Of a stretch of 64,000 nt of DNA, positions 6,927 to 18,523 are shown piece by piece. The position numbers were made by a program, and so were the translations under genes. The notes under the pieces are model-generated. The model saw only the letters and a program-made list of their open reading frames with translations, searched no databases and was not told where the DNA came from. The first letter of the stretch is position 1. Each line of letters starts with the position of its first letter. The stretch spans positions 280,849-344,848 of the forward strand of contig JBCBNV010000005.1 of the NCBI GenBank assembly GCA_039821605.1, in the 5' to 3' direction. Source of the stretch: Pseudomonadota bacterium. GTDB taxonomy: Bacteria; Pseudomonadota; Gammaproteobacteria; Steroidobacterales; Woeseiaceae.

Positions 6927-7412
6927 TTACGGCGCGTCGGCGTTGAGACCTTCGATGGCGCGGCGCTCGGCGTCCTCTCGGATCTGCTGCACATCCTGGA
7001 GCAGCTGCTTCACAGCCTCGGGGTTGGGATAGGGCCCCAACATGGCGTTCTCGGGACCCAGCACCTCGGGCTCGCCAGGCTCGGCTCCAGGTTCCGCAGC
7101 ATCGGCCACTGGCGTGGGCGCCGTGCCCACGGTATTCGTCTTCGGGTCGATTTCGAGCACGGTGTAGGACGTGCCCTCGGCAGGCGGTGTGCCTGAGAAG
7201 TGCCACTGCCCGCTCGCGTCCTGCCAGCGGTAGACCTCAACGGGTTCGGCGGGCAACACCTCTGGCACGTTGAGGCTGGGAAGGCTCGCCTGCAGCGACC
7301 GCCACGCCTGTGCAGGCGTGTAAAGGGGTTCACCGTCTGGGCCGCGCATGAGAAACGGGCCGGCCAATGCCAGCACGAGTCCGAAACACAGCACTTTGAC
7401 GAACAATTTCAT
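6927..7412 (-). CDS. DUF4124 domain-containing protein
   Basis: 161 aa with an N-terminal hydrophobic signal or anchor. VYRWQDASGQWHFSGTPP matches the DUF4124 core. A Pro/Glu-rich linker and a helical tail follow. Confidence 0.75.
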   Translation of the reverse strand: MKLFVKVLCFGLVLALAGPFLMRGPDGEPLYTPAQAWRSLQASLPSLNVPEVLPAEPVEVYRWQDASGQWHFSGTPPAEGTSYTVLEIDPKTNTVGTAPTPVADAAEPGAEPGEPEVLGPENAMLGPYPNPEAVKQLLQDVQQIREDAERRAIEGLNADAP

Positions 7413-7516
7413 CCTGAAATCCTAGCAGGGCAAGAAGCCGCCGAATCCGTATTACGTCGCATTTCGAAGCCCCGAGGTGCGACAATCGCGCTCGTTTTAA
7501 TAAGAGTGAAGGGTTC

Positions 7517-8329
7517 ATGACAGCAGCGGCACCACAGAGCAACGCACCGGAATTCGGCTCGGAACTCTATGAACGTCGGGAACGCGTGTTCCTGGTTCTG
7601 GCCGGTACCTTCCTGTGCGCCATGACACTGCTCAACGTCATCGGCATCTCACACTTCCTGAGTTTCGGCCCGCTTGTCGTGGCCGCGGGCGTGCTGCCGT
7701 ACCCGCTGACCTTCCTCTGTACCGACCTCATCTGCGAGCTCTACGGTCGCAAGCGCGCCAACTTCATGGTCACCGTGGGCCTCTGCCTCAACGGCTTCAT
7801 CCTGCTCATCATGTGGCTCATCGACCTGGCACCCGCGGCACCCGCGACGACGATTCCACCCTGGCAGGCGATCGAGCTCGCGAGCGACGTCGGTCTGCCC
7901 AGCGGCGACAGCCTGTCGGGCACGATCCAGATGTTCGACCTGATCTACGCCACGACCTCAGGCGCCGTCGTGGCCTCGATGCTCGCCTACATCGCGGCGC
8001 AGTATTGCGACGTTCAGGTGTTCCACTTTCTCAAGCGGCTCACGAAGGGAAAGTACCTCTGGGTGCGCAACAACTTCTCGACGCTCACGAGCCAGCTCGT
8101 CGACTCCGTCACCGTCGTGGCTGTCACGTTCGGGGCGTCTTACCTTGCGGGCGAGCGCACCTTCCACTCACTGCTCGTGCTCGTGGGCGGCAACTACGCC
8201 TTCAAGGCCGGCTCCGCATTGCTCGACACGATCCCGTTCTACATCCTGACCGCGAAGCTTCGCCGCTACCTGCAGCTCGAAGACAACGCGGCCGAGTACG
8301 GCGGCGAGCCGTCGGAAACTCGCGCCTAG
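7517..8329 (+). CDS. yhhQ: Queuosine-precursor transporter (YhhQ/DUF165, VUT family)
   Basis: 270 aa, polytopic. LPYPLTFLCTDLICELYGRKRANFMV and QLVDSVTVV match the YhhQ family. Confidence 0.85.
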   Translation: MTAAAPQSNAPEFGSELYERRERVFLVLAGTFLCAMTLLNVIGISHFLSFGPLVVAAGVLPYPLTFLCTDLICELYGRKRANFMVTVGLCLNGFILLIMWLIDLAPAAPATTIPPWQAIELASDVGLPSGDSLSGTIQMFDLIYATTSGAVVASMLAYIAAQYCDVQVFHFLKRLTKGKYLWVRNNFSTLTSQLVDSVTVVAVTFGASYLAGERTFHSLLVLVGGNYAFKAGSALLDTIPFYILTAKLRRYLQLEDNAAEYGGEPSETRA

Positions 8330-8769
8330 TCGGCATCGCCGATAAAGGCCAGCGAGGTCTCCGCGTAGTAGCTCGCACCCCCTGCGCTGGCCAGCACGCG
8401 AATCGACCCGTCGGCTGACGCGTCTGAAAAAGCGAGCTGCCACGATTGCCCTGCGCCGTCGAGCGTCTGCGGCACACCGTAGGTGCCCGCGGTATCGCCC
8501 TTCGCGAGCTGCACGCTGTCGAGCGCATGCGATGCGTTCAGCGTCATGATCCCATCGCTGAGTGCCAGCGCGAGCCGAAAGTCATTGTTGACCAGCTCGC
8601 ACTCACCACTCGCGTAGCGGCAGTTTGGTTTGGCCACGAGTTCGTAGGCACCGCCCGCAACGGCAGCCTGCGGCTCCTCGGCCACCATCCGGTCCACGGC
8701 AAACCACGCGATGATCGCGAGCACGGGTGTGACGAGCAGCGCGATGATGACGTGTTTGTTCTTCCACAT
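8326..8769 (-). CDS. Hypothetical membrane-anchored protein
   Basis: I moved the start to ATG 8769 (GGGGAA 8 nt upstream). MWKNKHVIIALLVTPVLAIIAWFAV forms a single N-terminal TM segment, followed by about 115 soluble residues. No family recognised. Its stop shares a CTAG with the yhhQ stop. Confidence 0.55.
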   Translation of the reverse strand: MWKNKHVIIALLVTPVLAIIAWFAVDRMVAEEPQAAVAGGAYELVAKPNCRYASGECELVNNDFRLALALSDGIMTLNASHALDSVQLAKGDTAGTYGVPQTLDGAGQSWQLAFSDASADGSIRVLASAGGASYYAETSLAFIGDAD

Positions 8770-8781
8770 GCGGCGTTCCCC

Positions 8782-8812
8782 AAAAAGGACGGGGCCAGCC
8801 GAAGCTGACCCC
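8782..8812 (-). terminator. Rho-independent terminator after the SSF symporter
   Basis: The minus strand reads GGGGUCAGC uucg GCUGGCCCC (9 bp including one G-U) and then UUUUU, about 18 nt after the symporter stop. Confidence 0.65.
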
Positions 8813-8830
8813 GCAATGCTACGCCACGTA

Positions 8831-10561
8831 TCAGTGGCCCGTCGCGCCACCCGCACCCGCCGGGACGCGAATGTCCTCCACCAGGTGCTGGATGTGTTCT
8901 GGCGGATTAGTCGTCATCGCCGAGACCGCGTAGGCGACCGCGAAATTCACGATGGCACCCACCGCACCGAACGCATTGGGCTCGATGCCGAAGAACCAGT
9001 TGGCCGGCATGTCACCGAGGAATGCGGTGTTGGCGACGAACATGATGCCCTTGTGCTGGAACACGTAGAACAGCGTGACGCCGATGCCCGCGATCATGCC
9101 CGCGATGGCGCCCTCCTTGTTCATCTTCTTCGAGAAGATCCCCATCATGAGCGCCGGGAAAATGGACGATGCCGCGAGACCGAAGGCCAACGCCACTGTC
9201 CCGGCCGCGAAGTCGGGTGGATTAAACCCGAGATAGCCGGCCGCAGCGATCGCCCCGGCCATCGCGATGCGGCTTGCCAACAGCTCCTGTTGCTCGCTGA
9301 TGTCGGGTTTGAACACCCCCTTGAGCAAGTCATGCGAGATCGCCGACGATATGGCGAGTAGTAATCCGGCCGCGGTCGACAAAGCCGCCGCGAGCCCGCC
9401 CGCCGCGACCAGCGCAATGACCCAGTTCGGCAGCTGCGCAATCTCGGGGTTGGCCAAAACCATGATGTCGTTGTCGATCTTCTTGACTTCATTGAGCTCG
9501 GGATCGGCCGAGTAGCGGATGCGGCCGTCGCCGTCCTTGTCTTCGAACTCGAGCAGACCCGTCTTCTCCCAGTTGCTGACCCAGGTCGGACGCTCTTCAT
9601 ACTTCATGTATTGACCCGGCTCGGGCTCGATCGTCTGCATGAGGTTCAGGCGCGCCATGGCCGCGACGGACGGCGCCGTCGTGTAGAGGATCGCGATGAA
9701 CACCAGTGCCCAGCCCGCGGAGCTGCGCGCGTCCTTGACCTTGGGTACCGTGAAGAAGCGGATGATGACGTGCGGCAGACCCGCGGTGCCGATCATCAGC
9801 GACATCGTGTACATGAACATGTTGGTCAGGCTTAACCTGGCATTGGTCGTGTATTCCGCGAAGCCGAGTTCCATGACCACCTGGTCGAGCTTGTCGAGCA
9901 GGAAGGTCGAGGTGCCGACCAGCGTGTCGCCGAGACCCAGCTGCGGGAACGGATTACCGGTCAGGTTCAGTGAGATGAAGATGGCCGGAATCGTGTAGGC
10001 GAGAATCAGCACGCAGTACTGTGCGATCTGCGTGTAGGTGATGCCCTTCATGCCGCCCATGACGGCGTAGAAGAAGACGATCGCCATGCCGATCGTGAGG
10101 CCCACGTTGTAGTCCACCTCGAGGAAGCGCGAGAACGCCACGCCGATGCCCTTCATCTGGCCGATGACATACGTGATCGACGCAATGATGAGACAGATGA
10201 CGGCGACGATGCGCGCGGCCTTCGAGTAGTACCGGTCACCGATGAACTCGGGCACCGTGAACTTGCCAAACTTGCGCAGGTAAGGCGCGAGCAGCATGGC
10301 CAGCAGCACGTAGCCGCCCGTCCAGCCCATGAGGAATACAGATCCGCCGTAGCCCATGAAGGCGATAAGGCCCGCCATCGAGATGAACGACGCAGCCGAC
10401 ATCCAGTCGGCGGCCGTGGCCATACCATTGGCAACGGGGTGTACGCCACCACCGGCGACGTAGAACTCCTTCGTGGAGCCCGCACGGGCCCAAACGGCGA
10501 TGCCGACGTACAGCGCGAATGTGAAGCCGACGACAATATAGGTAAGTGTTTGCAGTTCCAT
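8831..10561 (-). CDS. Sodium:solute symporter (SSF), DUF4212-associated subfamily; ActP-like acetate/monocarboxylate permease (specificity inferred)
   Basis: 576 aa with 13-14 TM segments and STKEFYVAGGGVHPVANGMATAADWMSAASFISMAGLIAF. It is preceded by its DUF4212 small subunit. Specificity is inferred from the acs/CrbSR context. Confidence 0.88.
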   Translation of the reverse strand: MELQTLTYIVVGFTFALYVGIAVWARAGSTKEFYVAGGGVHPVANGMATAADWMSAASFISMAGLIAFMGYGGSVFLMGWTGGYVLLAMLLAPYLRKFGKFTVPEFIGDRYYSKAARIVAVICLIIASITYVIGQMKGIGVAFSRFLEVDYNVGLTIGMAIVFFYAVMGGMKGITYTQIAQYCVLILAYTIPAIFISLNLTGNPFPQLGLGDTLVGTSTFLLDKLDQVVMELGFAEYTTNARLSLTNMFMYTMSLMIGTAGLPHVIIRFFTVPKVKDARSSAGWALVFIAILYTTAPSVAAMARLNLMQTIEPEPGQYMKYEERPTWVSNWEKTGLLEFEDKDGDGRIRYSADPELNEVKKIDNDIMVLANPEIAQLPNWVIALVAAGGLAAALSTAAGLLLAISSAISHDLLKGVFKPDISEQQELLASRIAMAGAIAAAGYLGFNPPDFAAGTVALAFGLAASSIFPALMMGIFSKKMNKEGAIAGMIAGIGVTLFYVFQHKGIMFVANTAFLGDMPANWFFGIEPNAFGAVGAIVNFAVAYAVSAMTTNPPEHIQHLVEDIRVPAGAGGATGH

Positions 10562-10573
10562 CGTTTGGCTCCC

Positions 10574-10822
10574 CTATTCCTCGACGCCGTGATCGCGGTC
10601 GAGTTTTCCCATGCGCCAGGCATAGAAAAAGATCAACACGACGAAGGTGTAGATCGATCCCTGCTGCGCAAACCAGAAGCCGAGCTTGTAGCCGCCGAGC
10701 CGGATCGTGTTTAGCGGCTCAACGAGAATGATCCCGAAGCCGAAGCTGACGATGAACCACACAATCATGCAGCCCCACACAAGCTTCAGATTGGCACGCC
10801 AGTATTCGTTGTTGTTGGCCAT
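10574..10822 (-). CDS. DUF4212 small subunit of the SSF symporter
   Basis: I moved the start to ATG 10822 (GGGGGGA upstream). The sequence is MANNNEYWRANLKLVWGCMIVWFIVSFGFGIILVEPLN...GFWFAQQGSIYTFVVLIFFYAWRM, with two TM segments. It lies 12 nt upstream of the symporter. Confidence 0.85.
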   Translation of the reverse strand: MANNNEYWRANLKLVWGCMIVWFIVSFGFGIILVEPLNTIRLGGYKLGFWFAQQGSIYTFVVLIFFYAWRMGKLDRDHGVEE

Positions 10823-10979
10823 TGCCGTCCCCCCTGGTACGCGGTGAAATCTGACCGAGGCCCAATCTAGCAAAGCACCGCCGCCGGCCCTTACCGACTT
10901 TAGTCTTAGGCCCGTCGGTCGCACCCCAGTTACGCCGGTAGTAGACTGATTCGCAACGGGTGCGAAGGGGGATACGCAC

Positions 10980-13900
10980 TTGATCAACTCGTGGCTGCTG
11001 CTGGCAGCCTGCGCAGGCTATGTCGCCTTGCTGTTCGTCATCGCACGATTCGGCGACCGCGTCGCCGATGACCGCCTGTCGCCGCGATGGCGGGCTATCA
11101 CCTACAGCCTGGCGCTGGCGGTGTACTGCACGTCGTGGACGTTTTACGGTGCCGTGGGCACCGCGGCGACGAGCGGCTGGCTGTACCTGCCCATCTACCT
11201 GGGTCCGATTCTGGTGATCGCGCTGGGCTGGCCGTTCCTGACGCGCGTGATCGCCATCAGCCGGCGCCAGAACCTGACCTCCATCGCCGACTTCCTGGCC
11301 GCGCGCTACGGCCGCTCGCATGGCCTGGGCGTCATGATCACCGTCATCGCCGTGGTCGGCTCAGTGCCCTACATCGCGTTGCAGCTGCAAGCCGTCGGCA
11401 CCGGCTTCGCGATTGTGTCAGAGACCGGTGCAGGCGACACACCGGGTTTCGGTGCGGGGCTCGCCGTCACGCTGGCGCTGGCCGGTTTCGCGATCCTGTT
11501 CGGCACGCGCAAGGTTGACGTCACTGACCACCACGACGGCATGATGCTGGCCATCGCCTTCGAGTCAGTGGTAAAGCTCATTGCCTTCGTACTCGTCGGC
11601 GTGTTTGCGCTGGGCTTGCTGCGCAACGGCGTCGCAAGCTCGATGCCGGGGCCCAGTCCCTTTGCCCAGTCCGCGCTGCCGCAGACCTTCATGACCCAGC
11701 TCTTGCTGGCCGGTGCCGCCATCCTCTGTCTGCCGCGCCAGTTTCACGCCGCGGTTGTCGAGGCACGCGCCGATGCCGACATCGGTATCGCGCGCTGGTT
11801 GTTCCCGATCTACCTGCTTGTCTTCTCCGTACTCGTCGTCCCCATCACGCTCGCCGGGCTCGGCATGTTGTCGGGTACGGGCATCACGGGCGACAGCTTC
11901 GTGCTCGCATTGCCCATGCAGGCGGGTTCGCAGTGGCTCACGCTCATCGCATTTCTGGGGGGCTTTTCGGCGGCCACAGGTATGGTCATCGTCGCCTGCG
12001 TCGCGCTGTCGACAATGATCTCCAATGAATGCGTCGTGCCGCTCGTGGTGCGGGCGCGCGGTGGAGAATCCCGCGACTATGCACGTCTCGTGCTGTACGT
12101 GCGGCGCGTGGCCATCGCCGTGATCGCACTGCTGGCCTGGCGCTACCAGGTGGCCGCCGCCGGCAATACGGCACTGGCCTCGATGGGGTTGTTGTCATTC
12201 GCCGCGGCCGCGCAATTTGCCCCGCTCTTGATCGCAGGTGTGTACTGGCGTGGCGCCCACCGGCGCGGCGCCATCGCAGGCCTGGCCTGTGGCTTTGCGC
12301 TCTGGACCTACACGCTCTTTCTGCCTACGCTCGCGCGCGCCGGCCTGATCTCCACCGACTTCATCGAGCAGGGCCTGTTCGGGCTCACCTGGCTGCGGCC
12401 CGAGGCACTGATCTTCGAAACGGTCTCTGCGCCTTTGACGCACGGTGTCGCCTGGTCGCTCATCGTCAACACGTTCGTGCTCATCGGCGTGTCACTTGCG
12501 GCGCGGCACAGCATGCTCGAGCGCATTCAGGCCGCCACGTTCGCGGGCGTGCGCGGGATTCAGGCGCAGCGTCAGGGGGACCCGCGCACCGCAAGCATCA
12601 CGCATGACGATCTTCGGGCGCTCGCGGGACGCTTCGTGGGCGGGCCGCAGGCCGGTCGCTCTTTTGCCGATTTCGCGGTGGCCGAAGGGATCGAGCTTGC
12701 TCCCAGCGCCTCCGCCGATCCGCGCGTCATCCGGTTTACGGAACGGCTCGTTGCGGGCGCTGTGGGTGCGGCGTCGGCACGCGTCGTCATGACCACGGCA
12801 TTGCGTGACAAGGGGTCGCGCATTGAAGACGTGTTCGCACTGCTCGACGAAACGAGCGAGGCCATCCGCTTCAACCAGCAGCTCGTGGAGGCCACGCTCG
12901 AGAACATGACACAGGGCGTCAGCGTGGTGGATGCCGAGCAGCGCCTCGTCGGCTGGAATCGTCGCTACCTCGAGCTCATGGGCTACCCCGATGACCTGCT
13001 CTACCGCGGCCAGCCCGTCGCCGAGCTCATCCGACACAACGCGGCGCAAGGCCACTTCGGTGACCTTGACCCCGAGATCGCGGTCAACCGCCGGCTCAAG
13101 TTTCTCAAAAGCGGCTCCGCCTACACCTACGAGAGTCACTTCGTCGATGGCCGCGTCATCGAGATCCGCGGCCAGCCCATGCCCGGCGGTGGCTTCGTGA
13201 CCACCTTCACCGACATCACTGGCTTCAAGGCCACCGAATCGGCGCTCGAGGCCGCCAAGGCGGAGCTCGAACAACGCGTCGCAGCGCGCACCTCAGAGCT
13301 CACGAACGCCATGCGCGACCTCGAAGCGGCACGCCAGGATGCCGAGCAGGCCAATGCCTCGAAGACGCGCTTCCTCGCCGCGGCCGCGCACGATCTGCTG
13401 CAGCCACTGAACGCGACGCGCCTGTTCGCGACGCTGCTCAACGAACAGGGGCAGGCGCTCAAGAGCGAGCAACGTGAACTCGTGACCCGCATCCAGAGTG
13501 GGCTCGGCAACGTCGAGGATTTGCTGGGTGCGTTGCTCGACATCTCGCGACTCGATACCGCAGCGCCCGTCCCACAGCACGAAGCCGTGCGCGTGGCCAC
13601 ACTGTTCGAGGGTCTGCGCGGGCAGTTTGCGCCGGGCTTCGAGGAATCGGGTCTGACGCTGCGATTTCAGCAGACGGACAACTGGGTGCACAGCGACGCC
13701 GCCATGCTGCGCCGCATCCTGCAGAACTTTCTGAGCAACGCGCGCCGCTACACCTCGACGGGCGGCGTCCTCGTCGGCTGCCGTCGCCGCGGCGATCACA
13801 TCGCGCTGCAAGTGATCGACACGGGCATGGGCATCGCCGATGACGACTGCGCCGTCATTTTCGAGGAATTTCGTCGGCTGCCAGGCAGCGACCGCGCTGA

Positions 13901-14483
13901 GAAGCGGGGGCTCGGTCTTGGCCTGGCTATCGTGGCACGCATTGCGCGGCTGCTCGGACACGACATCGGCATGCGCTCGACGCCGGGACGCGGCAGCACC
14001 TTTGAGGTCGTCGTTCCAGGCGCCGCACCCATCGAGATCACGCCGGCCGCCACGCGTTCGACCCAGACCAGTCCGCGCTCAAGCCTCGTCGGCGAGCACG
14101 TCGTCATCATCGACAACGAACCCGAAATCGTCGACGGTATGGCGCAACTGCTCGAGCGCTGGGGTGCCCTGCCGCTGCCCGCGACCGATGGCGCCACGGC
14201 GATCGAGGCCGTGCTCGCGCTGCGCAAACAGGCGCGGCGGCTGCCCGCCTTGTTGCTCGTCGACTATCACCTCGATGACGGCGCCACGGGCATCGAAGCT
14301 GTACAGGCGCTGCGCAAGAAGCTGCGCAAACCCATCCCGGCCATCATCATCACGGCGGATCACAGTGAGCCTGTTGCGAGCGCGGCCGCCGATGCCGACT
14401 GCGAGCTGCTCAACAAGCCGCTCAAGCCCGCCGCGTTGCGCGCACTCGTTGCGAATCTCCTGGGACGCCGCGGCGCCGCCTAA
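10980..14483 (+). CDS. crbS: Hybrid sensor histidine kinase with N-terminal SSF/SLC5-like transporter domain (CrbS/MxtR type)
   Basis: 1167 aa. Domains: SSF-like multi-TM domain, PAS (MTQGVSVVDAEQRLVGWNRRYLELMGYP), H-box FLAAAAHDLLQPLN, HATPase (FLSNARRYT, IDTGMGI, GLGLAIV) and a C-terminal receiver (LLLVDYHLDDG...KPL). The start is TTG with GAAGGGGGA 7 nt upstream. Confidence 0.85.
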   Translation: MINSWLLLAACAGYVALLFVIARFGDRVADDRLSPRWRAITYSLALAVYCTSWTFYGAVGTAATSGWLYLPIYLGPILVIALGWPFLTRVIAISRRQNLTSIADFLAARYGRSHGLGVMITVIAVVGSVPYIALQLQAVGTGFAIVSETGAGDTPGFGAGLAVTLALAGFAILFGTRKVDVTDHHDGMMLAIAFESVVKLIAFVLVGVFALGLLRNGVASSMPGPSPFAQSALPQTFMTQLLLAGAAILCLPRQFHAAVVEARADADIGIARWLFPIYLLVFSVLVVPITLAGLGMLSGTGITGDSFVLALPMQAGSQWLTLIAFLGGFSAATGMVIVACVALSTMISNECVVPLVVRARGGESRDYARLVLYVRRVAIAVIALLAWRYQVAAAGNTALASMGLLSFAAAAQFAPLLIAGVYWRGAHRRGAIAGLACGFALWTYTLFLPTLARAGLISTDFIEQGLFGLTWLRPEALIFETVSAPLTHGVAWSLIVNTFVLIGVSLAARHSMLERIQAATFAGVRGIQAQRQGDPRTASITHDDLRALAGRFVGGPQAGRSFADFAVAEGIELAPSASADPRVIRFTERLVAGAVGAASARVVMTTALRDKGSRIEDVFALLDETSEAIRFNQQLVEATLENMTQGVSVVDAEQRLVGWNRRYLELMGYPDDLLYRGQPVAELIRHNAAQGHFGDLDPEIAVNRRLKFLKSGSAYTYESHFVDGRVIEIRGQPMPGGGFVTTFTDITGFKATESALEAAKAELEQRVAARTSELTNAMRDLEAARQDAEQANASKTRFLAAAAHDLLQPLNATRLFATLLNEQGQALKSEQRELVTRIQSGLGNVEDLLGALLDISRLDTAAPVPQHEAVRVATLFEGLRGQFAPGFEESGLTLRFQQTDNWVHSDAAMLRRILQNFLSNARRYTSTGGVLVGCRRRGDHIALQVIDTGMGIADDDCAVIFEEFRRLPGSDRAEKRGLGLGLAIVARIARLLGHDIGMRSTPGRGSTFEVVVPGAAPIEITPAATRSTQTSPRSSLVGEHVVIIDNEPEIVDGMAQLLERWGALPLPATDGATAIEAVLALRKQARRLPALLLVDYHLDDGATGIEAVQALRKKLRKPIPAIIITADHSEPVASAAADADCELLNKPLKPAALRALVANLLGRRGAA

Positions 14484-14489
14484 GCCCGA

Positions 14490-15164
14490 CTAGCCCGACT
14501 GCAGCCCTTCGAGCCTGGCCGGATCGTTGACGGCCAACCGCTGCACCGCGAGCACGGCCTGGGTGCGATTGTTCACGCCCAGCTTGCGGAAGATCGCGGT
14601 GATGTGCGCCTTGATCGTCGCCTCGGAGACGTCGAGCTGATAGGCAATCTGCTTGTTGAGCAGCCCCTCGGTCAACATCATGAGCACTCGGAACTGGTGG
14701 GCCGTCAAATCGGCTATGGCCGCTGCGGCCGCCGCCTCGCCGTCGTCGACCACATCGTCGTCGACGCTGACCCCCTCTGGCACCCAGACATCGCCGTCTA
14801 GCACCGCGGCGATACCGCGTTCGATATCACCAAACGGCGAGGACTTGGGGATGAACCCGCTGGCACCGTGCCGCAGAGCGCGGCGCATCACATTGGGGTC
14901 ATCGTTAGCCGATACGACGATGGTGGGCAGCGTCGGGTGCTGGCTGCGCACCCAGGCCAGTGCCGAGAATCCGCTGACACCTGGCATGTTCAGATCGAGC
15001 AGCAGCAGGTCCGCGTCTGAGTGATCGTCAACGGTGCGTTGCAGGCTGGGCAGACTGTCGGCCTCCACGATCGTCGCGCCCGACACGCTGTTCGTGAGCG
15101 CGCGCGTGAGCGCCTCGCGAAACAGCGGGTGGTCGTCGGCGACAATGAACGTGGCGGCCGTCAT
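14490..15164 (-). CDS. crbR: LuxR/FixJ-family response regulator (CrbR-like by context)
   Basis: Receiver (FIVADDHPLF, LLLLDLNMPG, PKSS) plus HTH (LTAHQFRVLMMLTEGLLNKQIAYQLDVSEATIKAHITAIFRKLGV). Its Shine-Dalgarno GAGGAG overlaps the acs stop codon, so it is co-transcribed with acs. It is convergent with crbS across a 6-nt gap. Confidence 0.78.
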   Translation of the reverse strand: MTAATFIVADDHPLFREALTRALTNSVSGATIVEADSLPSLQRTVDDHSDADLLLLDLNMPGVSGFSALAWVRSQHPTLPTIVVSANDDPNVMRRALRHGASGFIPKSSPFGDIERGIAAVLDGDVWVPEGVSVDDDVVDDGEAAAAAAIADLTAHQFRVLMMLTEGLLNKQIAYQLDVSEATIKAHITAIFRKLGVNNRTQAVLAVQRLAVNDPARLEGLQSG

Positions 15165-15178
15165 ATCGGCGGTACTCC

Positions 15179-17119
<1,941 letters not shown>

Positions 17120-17244
17120 CGTGCTTCCCCCCTCGCGTAAACGGGCCGCCGCGCCCCCGCGACAGCGTGGCCACCATGATAGGCCTTCGCGAGCAACGCG
17201 ACACTTCGATTAGACCTTCGTCTAGTCCGCCCCCGGTCTTCGAC

Positions 17245-17272
17245 TTTTGGCTAATGGAGAACGAAGCCAAAA
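17245..17272. promoter_or_regulatory. Inverted repeat in the divergent acs / porin promoter region
   Basis: TTTTGGCT (17245-17252) / AGCCAAAA (17265-17272): 8-bp perfect arms with a 12-nt spacer, about 55 nt upstream of the porin ATG. Any binding protein is unknown. Confidence 0.35.
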
Positions 17273-17327
17273 CGCCTACTGTGACAGGCGTCGAGCTAAC
17301 CATGTTCACAAGAACGAGGGGGATCAG

Positions 17328-18512
17328 ATGTTTAGCCGTGTCGTTTTTCTGCTTGCCGTGCTCCTGCTGAGCACCGCTGCCCACGCCTACGAATTCAGCT
17401 TCAAGGGGATGATCAAGACCGAGCTCGTGCACACGGACTCGGCGGTCGCCAGTTTCGGCGGCGGCTACAGCCAGGTGGCGCCGACCAATGCGTTGCGCAC
17501 CGACGTGTTCGGCGGCGCGCCGGCCTCGCCGCAGGAGACCCAGTACCTCGAGTCCGCCGCCACATCGTTCCAGGCGGCGCACTCACGATTCTCGCTAAAT
17601 ATGTCGCACGAGAGCATTCGAACCGTGCTCGAATTCGACTTCATCGATGGTGAGGACGGCTTCTCGAACCAGACGGCGATCCAGGCACAGGGCGCCCGAC
17701 TTCGGTTGGCCACCCTCTACTTCGACCTCACGGAAGACTTGACGATCTTTGCCGGCCAGAAGTGGACGACGGCTGCGGGCATCAAGTCCAACGGCAGCTA
17801 CAATTGGGTCGGCAATGGTTACCGGGCTGGCAACTCGGGCTTCCTGGCCATGGAAGCCGGCGCTACCTACAAGCAGAACGACTGGAGCTTTACGGGTGCC
17901 CTGACGGGTCGTGGCCGCAACAACTCGGCTTCCGGCATCAGTGCCAACGAACTGGGCGGCGTCCCGGGCATCGCCGTTGACGTCAACTACAAGTTCAACG
18001 GCCACACCGTCGGTGTTGCGGGCCACATGTCGCAGGTGAATTTCGAAGACGAACCTGGCTATGTCAGCGGCGACGATCAGGACGCCAACATCTTCAAGAT
18101 CTACACGACGCTGAAGTTCGGATGGGTGACGGTTGCCGCCGAGGTCTACACGGGTGAAGCGCTGAACAACCAGAACGCGCTGGGCATCGCGCCGTCGACG
18201 AGCCTCGGCGGTGGCGTCGTCCGCGAGAGCTTCGGCGAATCCGGCTTCTTCACCTACGTGAACTGGGACATCAAACCCGGGCACAACCTGAAGGCGGGGT
18301 ACGCCACTGCGTCTGTGGATTCCGGGGACGAAGACCGCCTGGGGCTGACCGAGCTCTCGAAGAACACCAGCATCTATGTGAATTACGGCTACAAGCTCCG
18401 GGACAGCCTGACCCTGTTCGCACAGGTGACCCGCTTTGACACCGAATTCGGGGGGGACTTCGAAGACTTCTCGGCCACAGTGGCGCGCGCTGGACTTCTG
18501 TTCCGCTTCTGA
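17328..18512 (+). CDS. Outer-membrane porin-like beta-barrel protein
   Basis: I moved the start to ATG 17328 (GAGGGGGA upstream). The signal peptide is MFSRVVFLLAVLLLSTAAHA|YEF. The protein has alternating amphipathic strands and ends in ...RAGLLFRF. No specific porin family recognised. Confidence 0.65.
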   Translation: MFSRVVFLLAVLLLSTAAHAYEFSFKGMIKTELVHTDSAVASFGGGYSQVAPTNALRTDVFGGAPASPQETQYLESAATSFQAAHSRFSLNMSHESIRTVLEFDFIDGEDGFSNQTAIQAQGARLRLATLYFDLTEDLTIFAGQKWTTAAGIKSNGSYNWVGNGYRAGNSGFLAMEAGATYKQNDWSFTGALTGRGRNNSASGISANELGGVPGIAVDVNYKFNGHTVGVAGHMSQVNFEDEPGYVSGDDQDANIFKIYTTLKFGWVTVAAEVYTGEALNNQNALGIAPSTSLGGGVVRESFGESGFFTYVNWDIKPGHNLKAGYATASVDSGDEDRLGLTELSKNTSIYVNYGYKLRDSLTLFAQVTRFDTEFGGDFEDFSATVARAGLLFRF

Positions 18513-18523
18513 CAACCGGTTGT

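Noticed and set aside
6791-6994. N-terminal extension of ORF 6122..6994 (MCSRSERTPS...)
   Set aside because: It would overlap the DUF4124 gene by 68 nt. An internal ATG at 6790 has a good Shine-Dalgarno and opens a textbook signal peptide.
7413-7516. Possible preQ1 riboswitch upstream of yhhQ (hairpin GTCGCA...TGCGAC followed by an A/T-rich tail)
   Set aside because: I cannot match it to the compact preQ1-I architecture (a short stem and loop with an A-rich tail that pairs back into the loop). The 104-bp region must also hold two divergent promoters. A covariance-model (Infernal/Rfam) scan would be needed before calling it.
14483-14500. Tandem 9-mer agcccgact x2 between crbS and crbR
   Set aside because: It is real but trivial. 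It is a single local duplication that happens to contain the crbR stop (CTA at 14490-14492) and to start at the last base of the crbS stop. It has no further copies and no symmetry.
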